Below, piece by piece: positions 47,230-58,597 of a stretch of DNA of 64,000 bases. The notes beneath the pieces were generated by a model. That model was given only the letters and a program-made list of their open reading frames with translations. It searched no databases and had not been told where the DNA came from. A program made the translations under genes and the position numbers. The stretch is taken from positions 248,001 to 312,000 of the forward strand of contig BCGN01000005.1 in assembly GCA_001599295.1 (NCBI GenBank), written 5' to 3'. How positions within the stretch are numbered: position 1 is the stretch's first letter; the number at the start of each line of letters is the position of its first letter. The stretch is from Sporopachydermia quercuum (lineage: Eukaryota).

Positions 47230-50200
47230 ATGGCAGCAAACGGAAAGAAACAAACCACGCATTATTCCGTGCCAAAATCGGTTCTGTCTGAACTGGAAGC
47301 GGAAGCTGCTGATTTTGATCCTCTTGCAAACGTTAAATCCAAAACGTCTGTCTATGCAAACCAATCGGATTACCAAAGACAACAGTACAAACGGATAGCT
47401 GAGGTGATCAGCTCAGAAACGAATTTATCTGTTGAAGAGCGGCAAAAGTTAGTGGACTTACAACGCGAGGAGAAAAATGTGGAATTGGAGTTGTCCCGTC
47501 GTAAACGGGAGACAGAAGCGGAGGCAGAAGCTGAAAAATCACCGGGAAATGGTGGAGGTAAAACCCCGCCTAGAAGAGGAAAACGGAGACGATGGGATGT
47601 TCTACCGGAAGACATCGAAGAAGCCGGAGATACTAACGGAAAAGTACACTTTGAAAACGACATTAAATCAACTGAAAATACCGAAAATATCGAAAACGCC
47701 CCGAAACGNCGTACCAGATCCCGTTGGGATCAACCTGCACCAACTTCCACAGAGACTACGATCACCCGAAGAAGTAAATGGGATCAACCGCCTTCTATCC
47801 CGGTTTCGAATCAATCTACTCCACTTCCCCCACTACCTGTGCAGTCTGTTTATTTCTTAACGGACGGTGTACTTGACGCATTACTGCCTTCAGAAGGTTA
47901 TGAAATACTTACCCCGCCTCTAGGCTACGAATCGGCTTCATCGATTGCCCACCAATTAGCTCAGATTCACTCGGCAACCCAAAATGTGGGGTATTCCATT
48001 CCGGACAGCTCCGAAGCTTTACAAGTTCAAAGCGCTTTAGCTGATGCGGCACCTTTACTGCCGCCGGAATCCGTCGGAGAACTACAGTTTTTCAAACCCG
48101 AAGACCGGCGCCATTTCGGGTTGCTTCTGGACACTTCAGTGTCCGACTCTGACCTTTCTGTAGAGGAAAGGAAACAACGTCGGATCATGAGGTTGATTCT
48201 CCGCGTGAAGAACGGTACCCCTCCTGTGCGAAAGGCAGCCCTTCGGACCCTTACCGACTCGGCCCGCAGTTTTGGCCCAAAAGCGTTATTCCACCAATTA
48301 CTTCCGCTGCTGATGGACACCTCACTGTCCGAACAAGAACGTCATTTACTAGTTAAACTACTGGGACGCATACTGTATAAACTGGACACTCTGGTGCGTC
48401 CGTATAGCCATAAGCTACTTGTGGTAATTGAGCCCCTGCTAATGGACAAAGATGGATATGCCCGGGCAGAAGGAAAAGAGATTATAGCTAATTTAGCGAA
48501 AGCTGCCGGACTAGCGGACATTGTCGGAACTATGAAACCGGATATTGATCATCCGGACGAATTTGTCCGAAACGCAACTGCCAGAGCCTTTGCCGTTATT
48601 ACTTCCGCTTTAGGTGTTCCTGCACTACTTCCGTTTTTAACGGCAGTATGCAAATCGCGGAGATCATGGGAAGCGCGTCACACCGGTGTTCGAATAATCC
48701 AGCACATTCCAGGTGAAATCGGATGTGCCGTGCTTCCACATTTACACGGATTAGTATCAGCTGTGGCGCAAAACCTTCATGACGAACAGCCAAAAGTTCG
48801 GCCCGCGGCTGCTTTAGCATTGGCTGCTTTAGCGGAAGCGGCTTATCCATACGGAATTGAGTCTTTTGACCCGGTTCTGGACCCACTATGGTCCGGTGTC
48901 CGGAAACACCGGGGAAAAACACTAGCGGCGTTTATCCGGGCTGTCGGGAGTATAATTCCGCTAATGGACGCCCAATATGGAAATTACTACGCAAAGGAGA
49001 CATTAAATATCCTAATTAGGGAATTCTCCGCACCCGATGAGGAAATGCGCCGGATAGTGTTGAAAGCATTACAATCATGTATCGGATCGGAGTCGGTTCA
49101 ACCCGGATTTATCCGAACAGAAGTGATTCCAGAGTTTTTTAAGTTTTTCTGGACTCGGAGGTCAGCCTCCGATTTAAGCATGTATTCCTCGGTTACAGAA
49201 ACAACCACCGAACTGTCCGGAAAAGTCGGAGTAGCGGAAATAATTACCAGACTTGTCCCGTTATTTCTGGACGAAAGTGAACCATTACGGAAAATGGCGT
49301 TGGAAACTTCAGAAAAGATCCTGTCCGCATACGGAGCAGCAGACATCTCCGATCGGCTTGAAACTAGACTTGTGGATGCACTGCTGTCCGTTATTTCAAC
49401 CCAAAACGGGTACAGTATTCAGATCGTCTTCGCTTTCAAAACCATCATCTCTGCTTTGGGTATCCGAATGGGGAAATACCTCCCGGAAATTGTAAGAGTT
49501 CTTCTAAACGGGTTCGACCATAAAGACCCCGCAGTAAGAGAACTTTGTGCCGATTTGATTGCCCCACTTGCCCCTATCATACAGAAAAACGGCAATGAGC
49601 CTCTCCTTATTCAACTAGGTATTGTATTATACGAATACCTTGGAGAAGAGTATCCGAGTGCCCTCGGAGCGAATCTCGGAGCAATGTCGGAGATAATTGC
49701 GGCTATTGGGCCAGACTCAATGAANCCCCCCATTAGAGACGTTTTAACCCGGATAGCGCCGATTTTGAATAACCGGCATGATAAGGTTCAGGAAAATGCG
49801 GTGAATCTTATCGGTATTATTGCTAAGCGGGCTTCGGATAAAATAGCTGCCCGGGAATGGATGCGGATTTGTTTCCGGCTATTGGATTTACTGAAATCCC
49901 ACAAAAAGACCATTAGACGGGCCAGTAATCGCACTTTCGGATACATTGCCGAGGCAATTGGTCCCCAAGATGTTTTGGCCGCGCTTTTAACGAATTTACG
50001 CGTGCAAGAACGGCAATTACGGGTTTGTACTGCAGTTGCTATCGGCATCGTTGCCGATACATGTAAACCCTTCACAGTTTTACCCGCGCTTATGAATGAA
50101 TACAAAACCCCAGAACAGAACGTCCAAAACGGTGTATTAAAAGCTCTTAGTTTCATCTTTGAGTATATTGGACCTACCGCAAAAGATTACGTATACGCGG

Positions 50201-50670
50201 TTATCCCCCTGCTTCAGGATGCTCTTACGGATAGAGAACAAGTACACAGACAAACCGCGGCTACAGTAGTGAAACACATGGCGTTAGGATGTATCGGACA
50301 AGGAGTTGAAGATGCGTTTGTCCACTTATTGAACTTATTATTGCCGAATGTGTACGAAACGAGTCCTCACGTGATCGATCGGATAATTGACGGAATAAGC
50401 GGGGTTCGGAATGCGGTTGGAGCTGGGCTTATTTTGGAGTATTTGAAAGTGGGACTTTTTATGTCGGCACGAAAGGTTAGAGTTCCGTATTGGCGCATGT
50501 ATAATGAAAGTTATGTACAAATGGGAGATGCAATGGTTGCTTATTATCCGGAAATGGAAGAAATAGCCGGTCATATGGAGAAAATCGGGAACAGACCGGA
50601 ACGGAGTTTAGAAGCGGAAGAAAATGTGGGGATTAAGCTTCGAAGAGAAGTTCTAGATGTGTGGATTTAA
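47230..50670 (+). CDS. HSH155: U2 snRNP SF3b subunit 1 (SF3B1/Hsh155)
   Basis: [66 protein letters not shown] and [12 protein letters not shown]-repeat motifs; N-terminal RWD/KWD repeats. Confidence 0.98.
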   Translation: MAANGKKQTTHYSVPKSVLSELEAEAADFDPLANVKSKTSVYANQSDYQRQQYKRIAEVISSETNLSVEERQKLVDLQREEKNVELELSRRKRETEAEAEAEKSPGNGGGKTPPRRGKRRRWDVLPEDIEEAGDTNGKVHFENDIKSTENTENIENAPKXRTRSRWDQPAPTSTETTITRRSKWDQPPSIPVSNQSTPLPPLPVQSVYFLTDGVLDALLPSEGYEILTPPLGYESASSIAHQLAQIHSATQNVGYSIPDSSEALQVQSALADAAPLLPPESVGELQFFKPEDRRHFGLLLDTSVSDSDLSVEERKQRRIMRLILRVKNGTPPVRKAALRTLTDSARSFGPKALFHQLLPLLMDTSLSEQERHLLVKLLGRILYKLDTLVRPYSHKLLVVIEPLLMDKDGYARAEGKEIIANLAKAAGLADIVGTMKPDIDHPDEFVRNATARAFAVITSALGVPALLPFLTAVCKSRRSWEARHTGVRIIQHIPGEIGCAVLPHLHGLVSAVAQNLHDEQPKVRPAAALALAALAEAAYPYGIESFDPVLDPLWSGVRKHRGKTLAAFIRAVGSIIPLMDAQYGNYYAKETLNILIREFSAPDEEMRRIVLKALQSCIGSESVQPGFIRTEVIPEFFKFFWTRRSASDLSMYSSVTETTTELSGKVGVAEIITRLVPLFLDESEPLRKMALETSEKILSAYGAADISDRLETRLVDALLSVISTQNGYSIQIVFAFKTIISALGIRMGKYLPEIVRVLLNGFDHKDPAVRELCADLIAPLAPIIQKNGNEPLLIQLGIVLYEYLGEEYPSALGANLGAMSEIIAAIGPDSMXPPIRDVLTRIAPILNNRHDKVQENAVNLIGIIAKRASDKIAAREWMRICFRLLDLLKSHKKTIRRASNRTFGYIAEAIGPQDVLAALLTNLRVQERQLRVCTAVAIGIVADTCKPFTVLPALMNEYKTPEQNVQNGVLKALSFIFEYIGPTAKDYVYAVIPLLQDALTDREQVHRQTAATVVKHMALGCIGQGVEDAFVHLLNLLLPNVYETSPHVIDRIIDGISGVRNAVGAGLILEYLKVGLFMSARKVRVPYWRMYNESYVQMGDAMVAYYPEMEEIAGHMEKIGNRPERSLEAEENVGIKLRREVLDVWI

Positions 50671-51671
50671 ATCGAATTAGATTAGGAAACCCAAGCGAGA
50701 TTNGCCCTAATTACGAATGTGGGCTTCCTCATCAAGACATACTTCAGTCATTGTTGGCTAATTTGTCCTGATTTGGTGAATATAATCGGAAATGGGGAGA
50801 ATGTACTATGGCATCAACTCTCGATCGGGAATAGTGTTTTACTAGTAACTATCATGGTAGTTATAATCATTAGTGCAATTATAATTAATGTAATAGTAAT
50901 AAATACGGTAATCAGTGTATCAATTAATGTCATTATAGCAAATAATAAACTAATAGTATAATACTAAAGTAACAATCAACGCAGGAAATGAAAGGATCAA
51001 TTGACATAAATTAGTTTCTGCAGTAATTGTCGCAAAATCAAAGCAATTAGTACTAGAACCTTCACTGCAAAAAGAAACAGTAACGTTGCATAGTTCAAAA
51101 TCTTCAATTCGTTGGGCATTTTCATCTACATTTATTACGCTTATTACATTAATTATGCAATTAAATGCGTAGGTTTATACTAGTATGCCTACAATATTAT
51201 CAAATTCTATGTACTCACATCAAACTAACCATACGAAAAGTTTCAATATGAGGCTTCGTTTAACCGTGATACTAAGATAAACAACAATGGGCGGCGCTCA
51301 CAAAAAGAACAGAAAAAAAAGTACCAACTGTGCAGACGATAATATTAAGATCTTCAATGATGTTAACATTGTTTGATAGAAAAAACAGTCAGTAGTCACA
51401 AATAATAGGGAGAACATTACATTGGATCTTCATTCTAACGAACATCAAATAGGTTGTCAATCGATCAAATTATTCCTTAGAAGAAGGGAATGACAATGTT
51501 TGATTCATTAAAATAAACTAGAAACCAGGAGAAGTCAGAAGAAATACTCTTTTATCTGTATTGTATTTATTCATTATTCATCAGACTGCAATTCCGACTA
51601 TATATATTGATATATTAACAAAAATGATTACTTCCTCTATACCAAAAAAGAGCATTTCTAATAGATGATAA

Positions 51672-54356
51672 CTAACTGAGCATTGGCTTTGATTCATCGT
51701 TTTCCTCGTCGTCATCGTCATCGCCGTCGCCTTCAGCTGATTCTTCTGATTCGTTCGCCTCGGCAGACTCGTTGTCGGTTTCCTCATTGGTATCATTTTG
51801 GCTCTCCTCACTACCAGTTTCGATTTCCTCTTCGGATTCCTCCGTCTCTGTTTCTGTTTCTGTTTCCGTTTCCGCACCGCTGTCGGTTTCACTTTCCTCT
51901 TCTATATCATCGTCTTCCTCCTTCGTATCAGCAAAAAATTCATCCAAGCTCTGTAATTTATACTTCTTTTGAGCGGCTTTCGCCTTATTATGTAAATCTC
52001 TTAATCTTGACTCGTTAGAGATCCAATTTGACCCATTCACGCTGTTTTTCATGCCGGTATTGCTAGTACTAGACCCAATTCGATACTTTAAGTTACCAAA
52101 ACCTCCACCAGATAGTCCATCTTGGGAATAATCTTTGATTTCAATTTCCTTTTCCAGTTCTCTAAGCTCACTTGTATCCTCAAATGGAGTATTCTCACTT
52201 CGCCATGCTCCCAATTGGTGAATTGCACCTCCTGTAATAAGTCCGATTGATCCGATAGTCGATGCTTCGTCATCTCGTGAGTTATCATGGTCGCCGGAGG
52301 GTCCATGTTCAGATTCGGTATCAGATTCACGACTGCTGGTAATTCCTATACCAGTTCCGCTAACGGTATTATCACTAGTTTTCAGCGAAATGCTAGGCGC
52401 TGGTTTTGGGGCTTGGAACATCAGTGTGGCTAGTTTGATGCTCCTTGCCATCCCTCCAACAATATTCTCATCTTCCTGTTTATCAAATTGAAGCAAACTA
52501 CCAAACATTCGGGCTCGATCTCGTATGTCATACTGGGAATCATATCTAGCCAATTGTAATGTGTATTTGAACAGTTTAGCAATAGGTGAATTCACCGATG
52601 TTTCTGCTAATTGGCTGACAAATGATGCATTCATTCCATCAGTCTCAGCCTCCTCCAATAGCTTTTCTAGCTCATATGTGTACACTTTGGTAGCTAGCAA
52701 TAAAATTTGTAGACGTACTTCAGCGCATTCATATGCAAAAGTTTTTAACAGCACCCGTAAGATATCTGGTGTTTTCTTTGGCATAATTCTTACAAATTCA
52801 CCAATTAGCCATATAATACTTGCTTTCCCAATAGTAGAGGTACCATTGCTGTTCCTAGTCAGGATTCTGCTTAATTGGTTCACCACGGGAATATTCTGCT
52901 CAGGATTCTCTTGTATAATGTAACGCACGACAGTTAGACATTCGTTTGTGACAGCTTGATTGCTGGTAGGATTAGTTATTTGCTGTAGTAAATGCTTCAA
53001 TAGTAGCGCGACAGTAGTGCTGTCGCCATTGGTTAAAGGTATTTCTACTATACGGCCAATAGCTTTGATTGATTCAGTAGCTATAGCACCATTATAAACG
53101 TCGGTGATGTTTTCTGCATAGTAACGAAGCTCAGCAAAGATTGGTTTAAACGACTCCTTGGTTACTATCACGCTGAGCACTTCTAGCTTGAGTTTGGCAA
53201 TTCTATGGCTATCTGTAGCCAGAAGGAAGAAATATGAGTAGTGGGAGGCGAACAGTTCAGGGCATTTTATTGCTAGTAACTTGATATTTGCTAGAACGAG
53301 AATCTGAAGGCCCACAGGGTTCCGGAGAAGCCGAAGCACAGGAATAGCAATGTTCCGTGTCCGAAGAAGCTCGGGAGGGGCCAAAGCATAATATGCTTTG
53401 GTCACGGCCAGTATGACAGTTGCATACTGGCTGAACTTAAGATTCTGCAAGCTATCAAGGAACAGCTGGAGATCCTTGTCAATGGGCCTACTTGCCTGCA
53501 GTAAAGCGCCCGCAGGATTTTCCGCAAAGGTAAGTTCGGGCTTTCTGAGATACTTCCGGCAATACTGGATGCCCATTTCAATGAACGTCAATTGGCACCA
53601 TGGGTCAAATTCCGTAATCAGACTACAGTATCTCCTAAAATGCACATGAATCAAGTCTAATCCATTAGGGGAAACCTGGTGCAGGGCAAACAGAGCAGAA
53701 CCAATGACAAATGCGTTCTTGTCTGCTAGGAGAACCTTTAGGAAATCAAGAACTTGCTGTTCATTGATAGCATTAGTACTAGGATCAGCCCGGGACCATA
53801 TTTTAGTAAGAGCAACGGCAGCGGTTTTCCGTACGGCAGCAGAATGGTCTGTCGCGCATTTTTTGATCCCCAGAAGCACAATTGGTGTTATAACAGTCAA
53901 CGGGATAGCTGACATTACTTTCAAAGCCAACGATCTCACCAAAGGATCATTATCGTTTAAGGATTTCTGTATAGTGTTTATAGACAATAGAGCTAAGTCA
54001 GGTTCTAGTTCGCTGTACCGTAGCAAGTAAATAAATACCAATTTACGTAATTGCAAGTTTGAAGAGGCCACGTTTTTGATTACGTCAGGAAAATGCTGTT
54101 TGGCACTGGAAATAGACGCCTCGCGAGACATGGAAGCAATAAGGCTTTTCATTCCTGATAGTTTATCATGTTCAGCGGTAGAATTCAGCTGCTTCTTGAT
54201 TTCTAGTGCTGGGGTATGTAAATAAGGCGATGGTGATGCGTAAGAAGTGCTTGCTGTGGTTTCAGCAATTTTCGCTGAGGCAGAAGCTGCTGCTTCCATG
54301 GTGAGNTCTTTAGCTGACTCCAGCATGGCTGCCACTCTGGAGAAAGAGTCTGCCAT
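51672..54356 (-). CDS. APL6: AP-3 adaptor complex beta subunit
   Basis: N-terminus SFSRVAAMLESAKxLTMEAA; FPDVIKNVAS, YLLRYSELEPDLALLSINTIQKSL, IIWLIGEF and ARYDSQYDIRDRARMF motifs; acidic C-terminal tail. Confidence 0.93.
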   Translation of the reverse strand: MADSFSRVAAMLESAKXLTMEAAASASAKIAETTASTSYASPSPYLHTPALEIKKQLNSTAEHDKLSGMKSLIASMSREASISSAKQHFPDVIKNVASSNLQLRKLVFIYLLRYSELEPDLALLSINTIQKSLNDNDPLVRSLALKVMSAIPLTVITPIVLLGIKKCATDHSAAVRKTAAVALTKIWSRADPSTNAINEQQVLDFLKVLLADKNAFVIGSALFALHQVSPNGLDLIHVHFRRYCSLITEFDPWCQLTFIEMGIQYCRKYLRKPELTFAENPAGALLQASRPIDKDLQLFLDSLQNLKFSQYATVILAVTKAYYALAPPELLRTRNIAIPVLRLLRNPVGLQILVLANIKLLAIKCPELFASHYSYFFLLATDSHRIAKLKLEVLSVIVTKESFKPIFAELRYYAENITDVYNGAIATESIKAIGRIVEIPLTNGDSTTVALLLKHLLQQITNPTSNQAVTNECLTVVRYIIQENPEQNIPVVNQLSRILTRNSNGTSTIGKASIIWLIGEFVRIMPKKTPDILRVLLKTFAYECAEVRLQILLLATKVYTYELEKLLEEAETDGMNASFVSQLAETSVNSPIAKLFKYTLQLARYDSQYDIRDRARMFGSLLQFDKQEDENIVGGMARSIKLATLMFQAPKPAPSISLKTSDNTVSGTGIGITSSRESDTESEHGPSGDHDNSRDDEASTIGSIGLITGGAIHQLGAWRSENTPFEDTSELRELEKEIEIKDYSQDGLSGGGFGNLKYRIGSSTSNTGMKNSVNGSNWISNESRLRDLHNKAKAAQKKYKLQSLDEFFADTKEEDDDIEEESETDSGAETETETETETEESEEEIETGSEESQNDTNEETDNESAEANESEESAEGDGDDDDDEENDESKPMLS

Positions 54357-54373
54357 GATGTAACAGTAGACAA

Positions 54374-54392
54374 AGAGAGAGAGAGAGAGAGA
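54374..54392. repeat. (AG)n microsatellite
   Basis: AG dinucleotide run just upstream of the APL6 ATG. Confidence 0.9.
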
Positions 54393-54764
54393 AAAATAAA
54401 TTACTCAAAAAAAAAAAGCTGGGAACTTTTCTGGATTGTTTTGGTAATTTTTAGCCGTTCAAAAGACAACAATGATGGTTTTATAGTAGAATTGGTGGTT
54501 CAGCGATCGACTCAATGGCCTTTGGGGCGCAATGATGAAACCAATCTAGAAAGCATGAAGAGGGCTCAAACGATGAGTTTGTGAAGAATATGAGTGCCAT
54601 AAAAGGGAAAATTGAAAGTTGTCTAGTTAGATTAGTTGAGTTGGTGGTATTTTCAGGTTAAAAACTGCTGCTTTTCATTGCTTATCACCTACTTGATGGT
54701 GTGACAAACCAGGCAATAACGGGTTGTTGTGTTGATGGTGTTTTGTGATTTGAATTTTGAAGNA

Positions 54765-54773
54765 GTCACGTGA
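54765..54773. promoter_or_regulatory. Cbf1-type E-box in the APL6/HRD1-like divergent region
   Basis: GTCACGTGA followed by a short AT-rich stretch. Confidence 0.4.
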
Positions 54774-56021
54774 TTAAAAATTTATTATTATGTTATAATT
54801 TAAGATGGCAGGGGATGAGATATGAAAAAGCGGGGGACACACAGGATTTGTAATAACTGAGGAGAATAATGTAGCTGTANTATGTGTTTCTAATAATTTT
54901 AAGGACTTTTCTTGAGATTGTAACTTGAAAGATTAAAAGATTGAAAGATTTGTGTAAAAGGTCAATGGCAGTTTTTGTATGGCAATTGAAGAGCAGCTCG
55001 TTTCTTGATTATGTGATATGAAATGGAGCCTATCAGAGGTTTGCATTTCCTACTGTTTGCTGTCGCTATGCAAATATACAGGACAATAAAAACAATTGTA
55101 GAACAAATGTACCAATTCCAATTATACTCCTAAATGCACTATTTAATCCTTTTCTCTCCCCGCAACATTCTTAAATGTTTCTCCCTATCCTATGGCCCGT
55201 AAACCAATTAATAAATTCCCCTAAAAAAAATATTAATTGATTACCTAACATTCTATTCTTTATTAATCATGTGACTACTTTACTCTATGTATTTTTTTCT
55301 CAAACTTTATCCCCATTGATAACACATACCCGAAATCTACCTATCGCCATCATTATTTCTCCTATTGGTTGCTATTGATGCTATCATGTAGCTTATTGTT
55401 ATTTATATTCTTATATTACTATTGTGCCTATTAATACAAGTGTGGTTGAGGATTCGAATGGTGAGAGTTTCTGCCAGGAGAAAGTGAATTTTGTTAANAG
55501 CGTTGAACAGGTAATTGGTATAGTATAGGCTTTGGTGTAGGCATTGGTAGACAGTGCAATTGTTGGTGGTGATACGTAAATTTTGGGTAGAGCACAATAG
55601 CAGGAAAGTAGAAGAATGGGAACAAAATAGCGTGTTTCATTAAAATACTTCAGGGCTTCTCGTATCTTGTGTTCTTCTCGGTCTTATCGTACATCTAGTG
55701 TTGTTATAGCTGGTGTTGCAGTTTAGTTGTTTGGTTCAAGAGGATAAGAAAGGATACCATAGAAACTATTACAAGATCTATTGGATTTTATATCCAACGC
55801 ACCGCAATTACTTCAAAAGATATAAAATAGAATTGACGATCATTGCTTTTGATTGATTCTAATTGAATCTACTGGTGAGTACTTCTATATGCATAACATA
55901 AGTCCGGTTATAGAAACTGCTTGTTGAGCTATCTAAAAGTTTCACTCCATAGCTATAACCACCAGTAACTCAGTCAAAGTTCCATTTATTATCTTATCTC
56001 CTGCTCTAATTAATAACCATA

Positions 56022-57764
56022 ATGATCAACTTAAATCTTCATACTTACACAGCAATCAGCGGATTACTGGCCATTGGCGTCATTGGCATAGCTTTCTACG
56101 TACATCCAACATACTATGCAGCTTGTATCTCTTTAACGCTGGTACCAAGCTACCTTATATTGCTGAATTTCCTGGTAACAATACTTTTATTAATAGGGCG
56201 AATGCTACAAAGCATTCTATTTGGTCAACTGAGAGTCGAAGAAGTAGATAATATTGCGTCTCATGCTATTAATGAAGTAGTATCTTTAGCTTTAGCATCA
56301 TCGAGATTCTATTCAGTACCTATAATGGGCTCTTATGTTAGTGGAGGAACACTGCTATCGTTGAAAATATACCATTGGATTCTTCAAAAGAGAATTCCTT
56401 ATATAATCAGAAGAAGTTCTATTGAAACAGAGCCTGAGGAAGTACCNGATGGACCATTCAGTGCCAATGGTTATTTTGCTAATACACGGCTGGCAAATAT
56501 ATATAAAAAATTCAACAGTATAAGGCATCATTTTATCTATAAATCAATTGTCAACCGATCGTGCGCTTTGGTAATTATTTTCTTAGCTATAGACATTTTG
56601 ATGTTTCGATATTGTATTAAAGAGATGAACTTCCTTGGGAGGTTTATGCTTTGGTGTGGATTAGAATTCTTTTATCTGGCATTAAATGCCACTGAGATAC
56701 TGTTTGATCTGGCTATTGCTTTATACGAAATCCATTTCCTTGCAAGTAATCCAGACGAAGAATATTGGGATAAAAAGTTCCTATTAACTACATTTATGCA
56801 TATAGTATGCAATCTAATAAGAATAACAGTTTATTTCTACTACATGCTATCATTCAACCATCTGGAAGCTGTTATATATTTAGTCGTGGACTTCTATGAA
56901 CCTACAATCAGATTATATAAGGAGGCAACAGTTTTCATCAGCAGAATATGGAAATCGAAAGAAATTGACTCAAAATTATACCCAGCAACAAATGAAGATT
57001 TCTCAAGGCAAGATATGTGTTTGATATGTTTGGATAGTATGGACATGAATCCTAATAGTAAAGCGAAAGATCCTAAGAGACTTACATGTGGTCATTTGTA
57101 TCATTATGGATGCATCAAGCTTTGGCTGGAAAGGAGTTTGCAATGTCCTGTATGTAAACACAATGTACTTAGTGTTATAGATGTTCCATATTATAAACGA
57201 GCTGCATCAAATGAGACAGTGAATACTACAGATGGCAGTATCTCAAAGNCAGAAATAAACCAAGAACAAGCCATAGAAGCAATGACAAATAAGAATAACG
57301 AAACTACACCAGCAGCAACAGCAACAACAACAGCAGTAGTATCGTCGTCATCATCAAATACTGGAATAGATGCTGGACCATCTAGTAGCAGCAATAATGT
57401 TGGCATTGCTGATCATACTACTGCGAATGAACTATTCACTATTACCAATAGCAACTCTTCCAGACCTATCCCTACTTCTTGCTCGCCATTTTCCTCTTCT
57501 TTCCCTTGCACTGTCCACTCGATCGAACCTCAAAAGGACTCAAATATAGTATTGATTGATAATTTTCCAGTGAGGGTTATCAATAGAGGCAGCATCGACT
57601 CTGACTGGGGTTTATTCCCAGCTAGAATCATCAAGAGTCACGCTGAAGTATTATTAAACAATGATGAGCCAGAGAATAGCGAATGGGCTTCTGTCAATAT
57701 TTATAAAAGGTCTGGTGATGTCTCTCATGGTTCACAGTCTTTTAAGAGGATAAAAGCAGAGTGA
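56022..57764 (+). CDS. Multi-pass membrane RING-H2 E3 ubiquitin ligase, divergent Hrd1/synoviolin-like
   Basis: Several hydrophobic N-terminal segments with QSILFGQLRVEEVD (Hrd1 FG.LR..E motif). RING CLICLDSM..PKRLTCGHLYHYGCIKLWLERSLQCPVCK. Confidence 0.8.
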   Translation: MINLNLHTYTAISGLLAIGVIGIAFYVHPTYYAACISLTLVPSYLILLNFLVTILLLIGRMLQSILFGQLRVEEVDNIASHAINEVVSLALASSRFYSVPIMGSYVSGGTLLSLKIYHWILQKRIPYIIRRSSIETEPEEVXDGPFSANGYFANTRLANIYKKFNSIRHHFIYKSIVNRSCALVIIFLAIDILMFRYCIKEMNFLGRFMLWCGLEFFYLALNATEILFDLAIALYEIHFLASNPDEEYWDKKFLLTTFMHIVCNLIRITVYFYYMLSFNHLEAVIYLVVDFYEPTIRLYKEATVFISRIWKSKEIDSKLYPATNEDFSRQDMCLICLDSMDMNPNSKAKDPKRLTCGHLYHYGCIKLWLERSLQCPVCKHNVLSVIDVPYYKRAASNETVNTTDGSISKXEINQEQAIEAMTNKNNETTPAATATTTAVVSSSSSNTGIDAGPSSSSNNVGIADHTTANELFTITNSNSSRPIPTSCSPFSSSFPCTVHSIEPQKDSNIVLIDNFPVRVINRGSIDSDWGLFPARIIKSHAEVLLNNDEPENSEWASVNIYKRSGDVSHGSQSFKRIKAE

Positions 57765-58350
57765 ATGGCTTATTGGTTTTGATAACAGGACAGGAATTAT
57801 GAGTTTGGGTAATTATTTTGGTGAAAAGGTAAGGATACGGTAGGGATAGTGATGAGGATAAGAGCAGACAAGCATGATAGCAGGAGTAGTCGAGAAACAA
57901 GGTAAAGACTAAATGTCTGAAGGCTTATTGTCAAGCTGTCTTGTTTCAATACCATGAGTTGAACATTGAACGTATTGGAAGAAACTCGAGCAATTTCTTT
58001 AGCTATTATTTGTTTAATTGGTCAAAGAAGTATTCACAAAGTATCTCCATCAGTTTTATGTTGACGAACAACTGTTTAAATAACAATCTGAATAACGTTG
58101 GTGGAAAGCTCTCGATGTTACTTGAGAGACAGTTATTTCTCAGAGTGAAGAATTGAATATCAATATGGCTCCAGACCTAGTAATGATAGGTCAAGTGGTG
58201 GATCAAATGGGTAATAGTAATATTCACTTTTGTTGTAAAAGCCTAAAAGCCTACAAACGTGTATTCATTTTTTTCCTCTATTGTTTGTTCTCCTGTTGTT
58301 TATTCTCCGCTGTCTTTTGCCTCTCATTTGTTGCCAGTTCATTCTAATAC

Positions 58351-58597
58351 AGTTGCAATACAATGGTGATTCACAACGAGTATTGAATCGCGTGGCTTCC
58401 CTTGGGTGATAGTTCATGAAACTTCCACCATGTGAACTCTCAATGGTAGGACAGTGTACGAACACGATTTTAGGATATGCACCTGTTATGATTCTATTAT
58501 GAATGGGATGTCTGGGAAATGGCGGTTGCATTCATATGAAATAGCGGTAACTGCGATTTCCCGATCGTTGTTGACGCAAGTCAACTTGTTTGCAATT
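58351..58597 (+). ncRNA. Candidate structured non-coding RNA, family unidentified
   Basis: Closing stem 58351-58363/58586-58597 encloses several hairpins, including GTTGAC-GCAA-GTCAAC (GNRA tetraloop) and a long G-U-containing stem at 58514-58562. No credible ORF. Confidence 0.4.

Noticed and set aside
54765..54900. Point centromere (CDEI-like GTCACGTG followed by AT-rich DNA)
   Set aside because: The AT-rich stretch is only ~30 bp and no CDEIII-like CCGAA element follows at a suitable distance; a promoter E-box is simpler.
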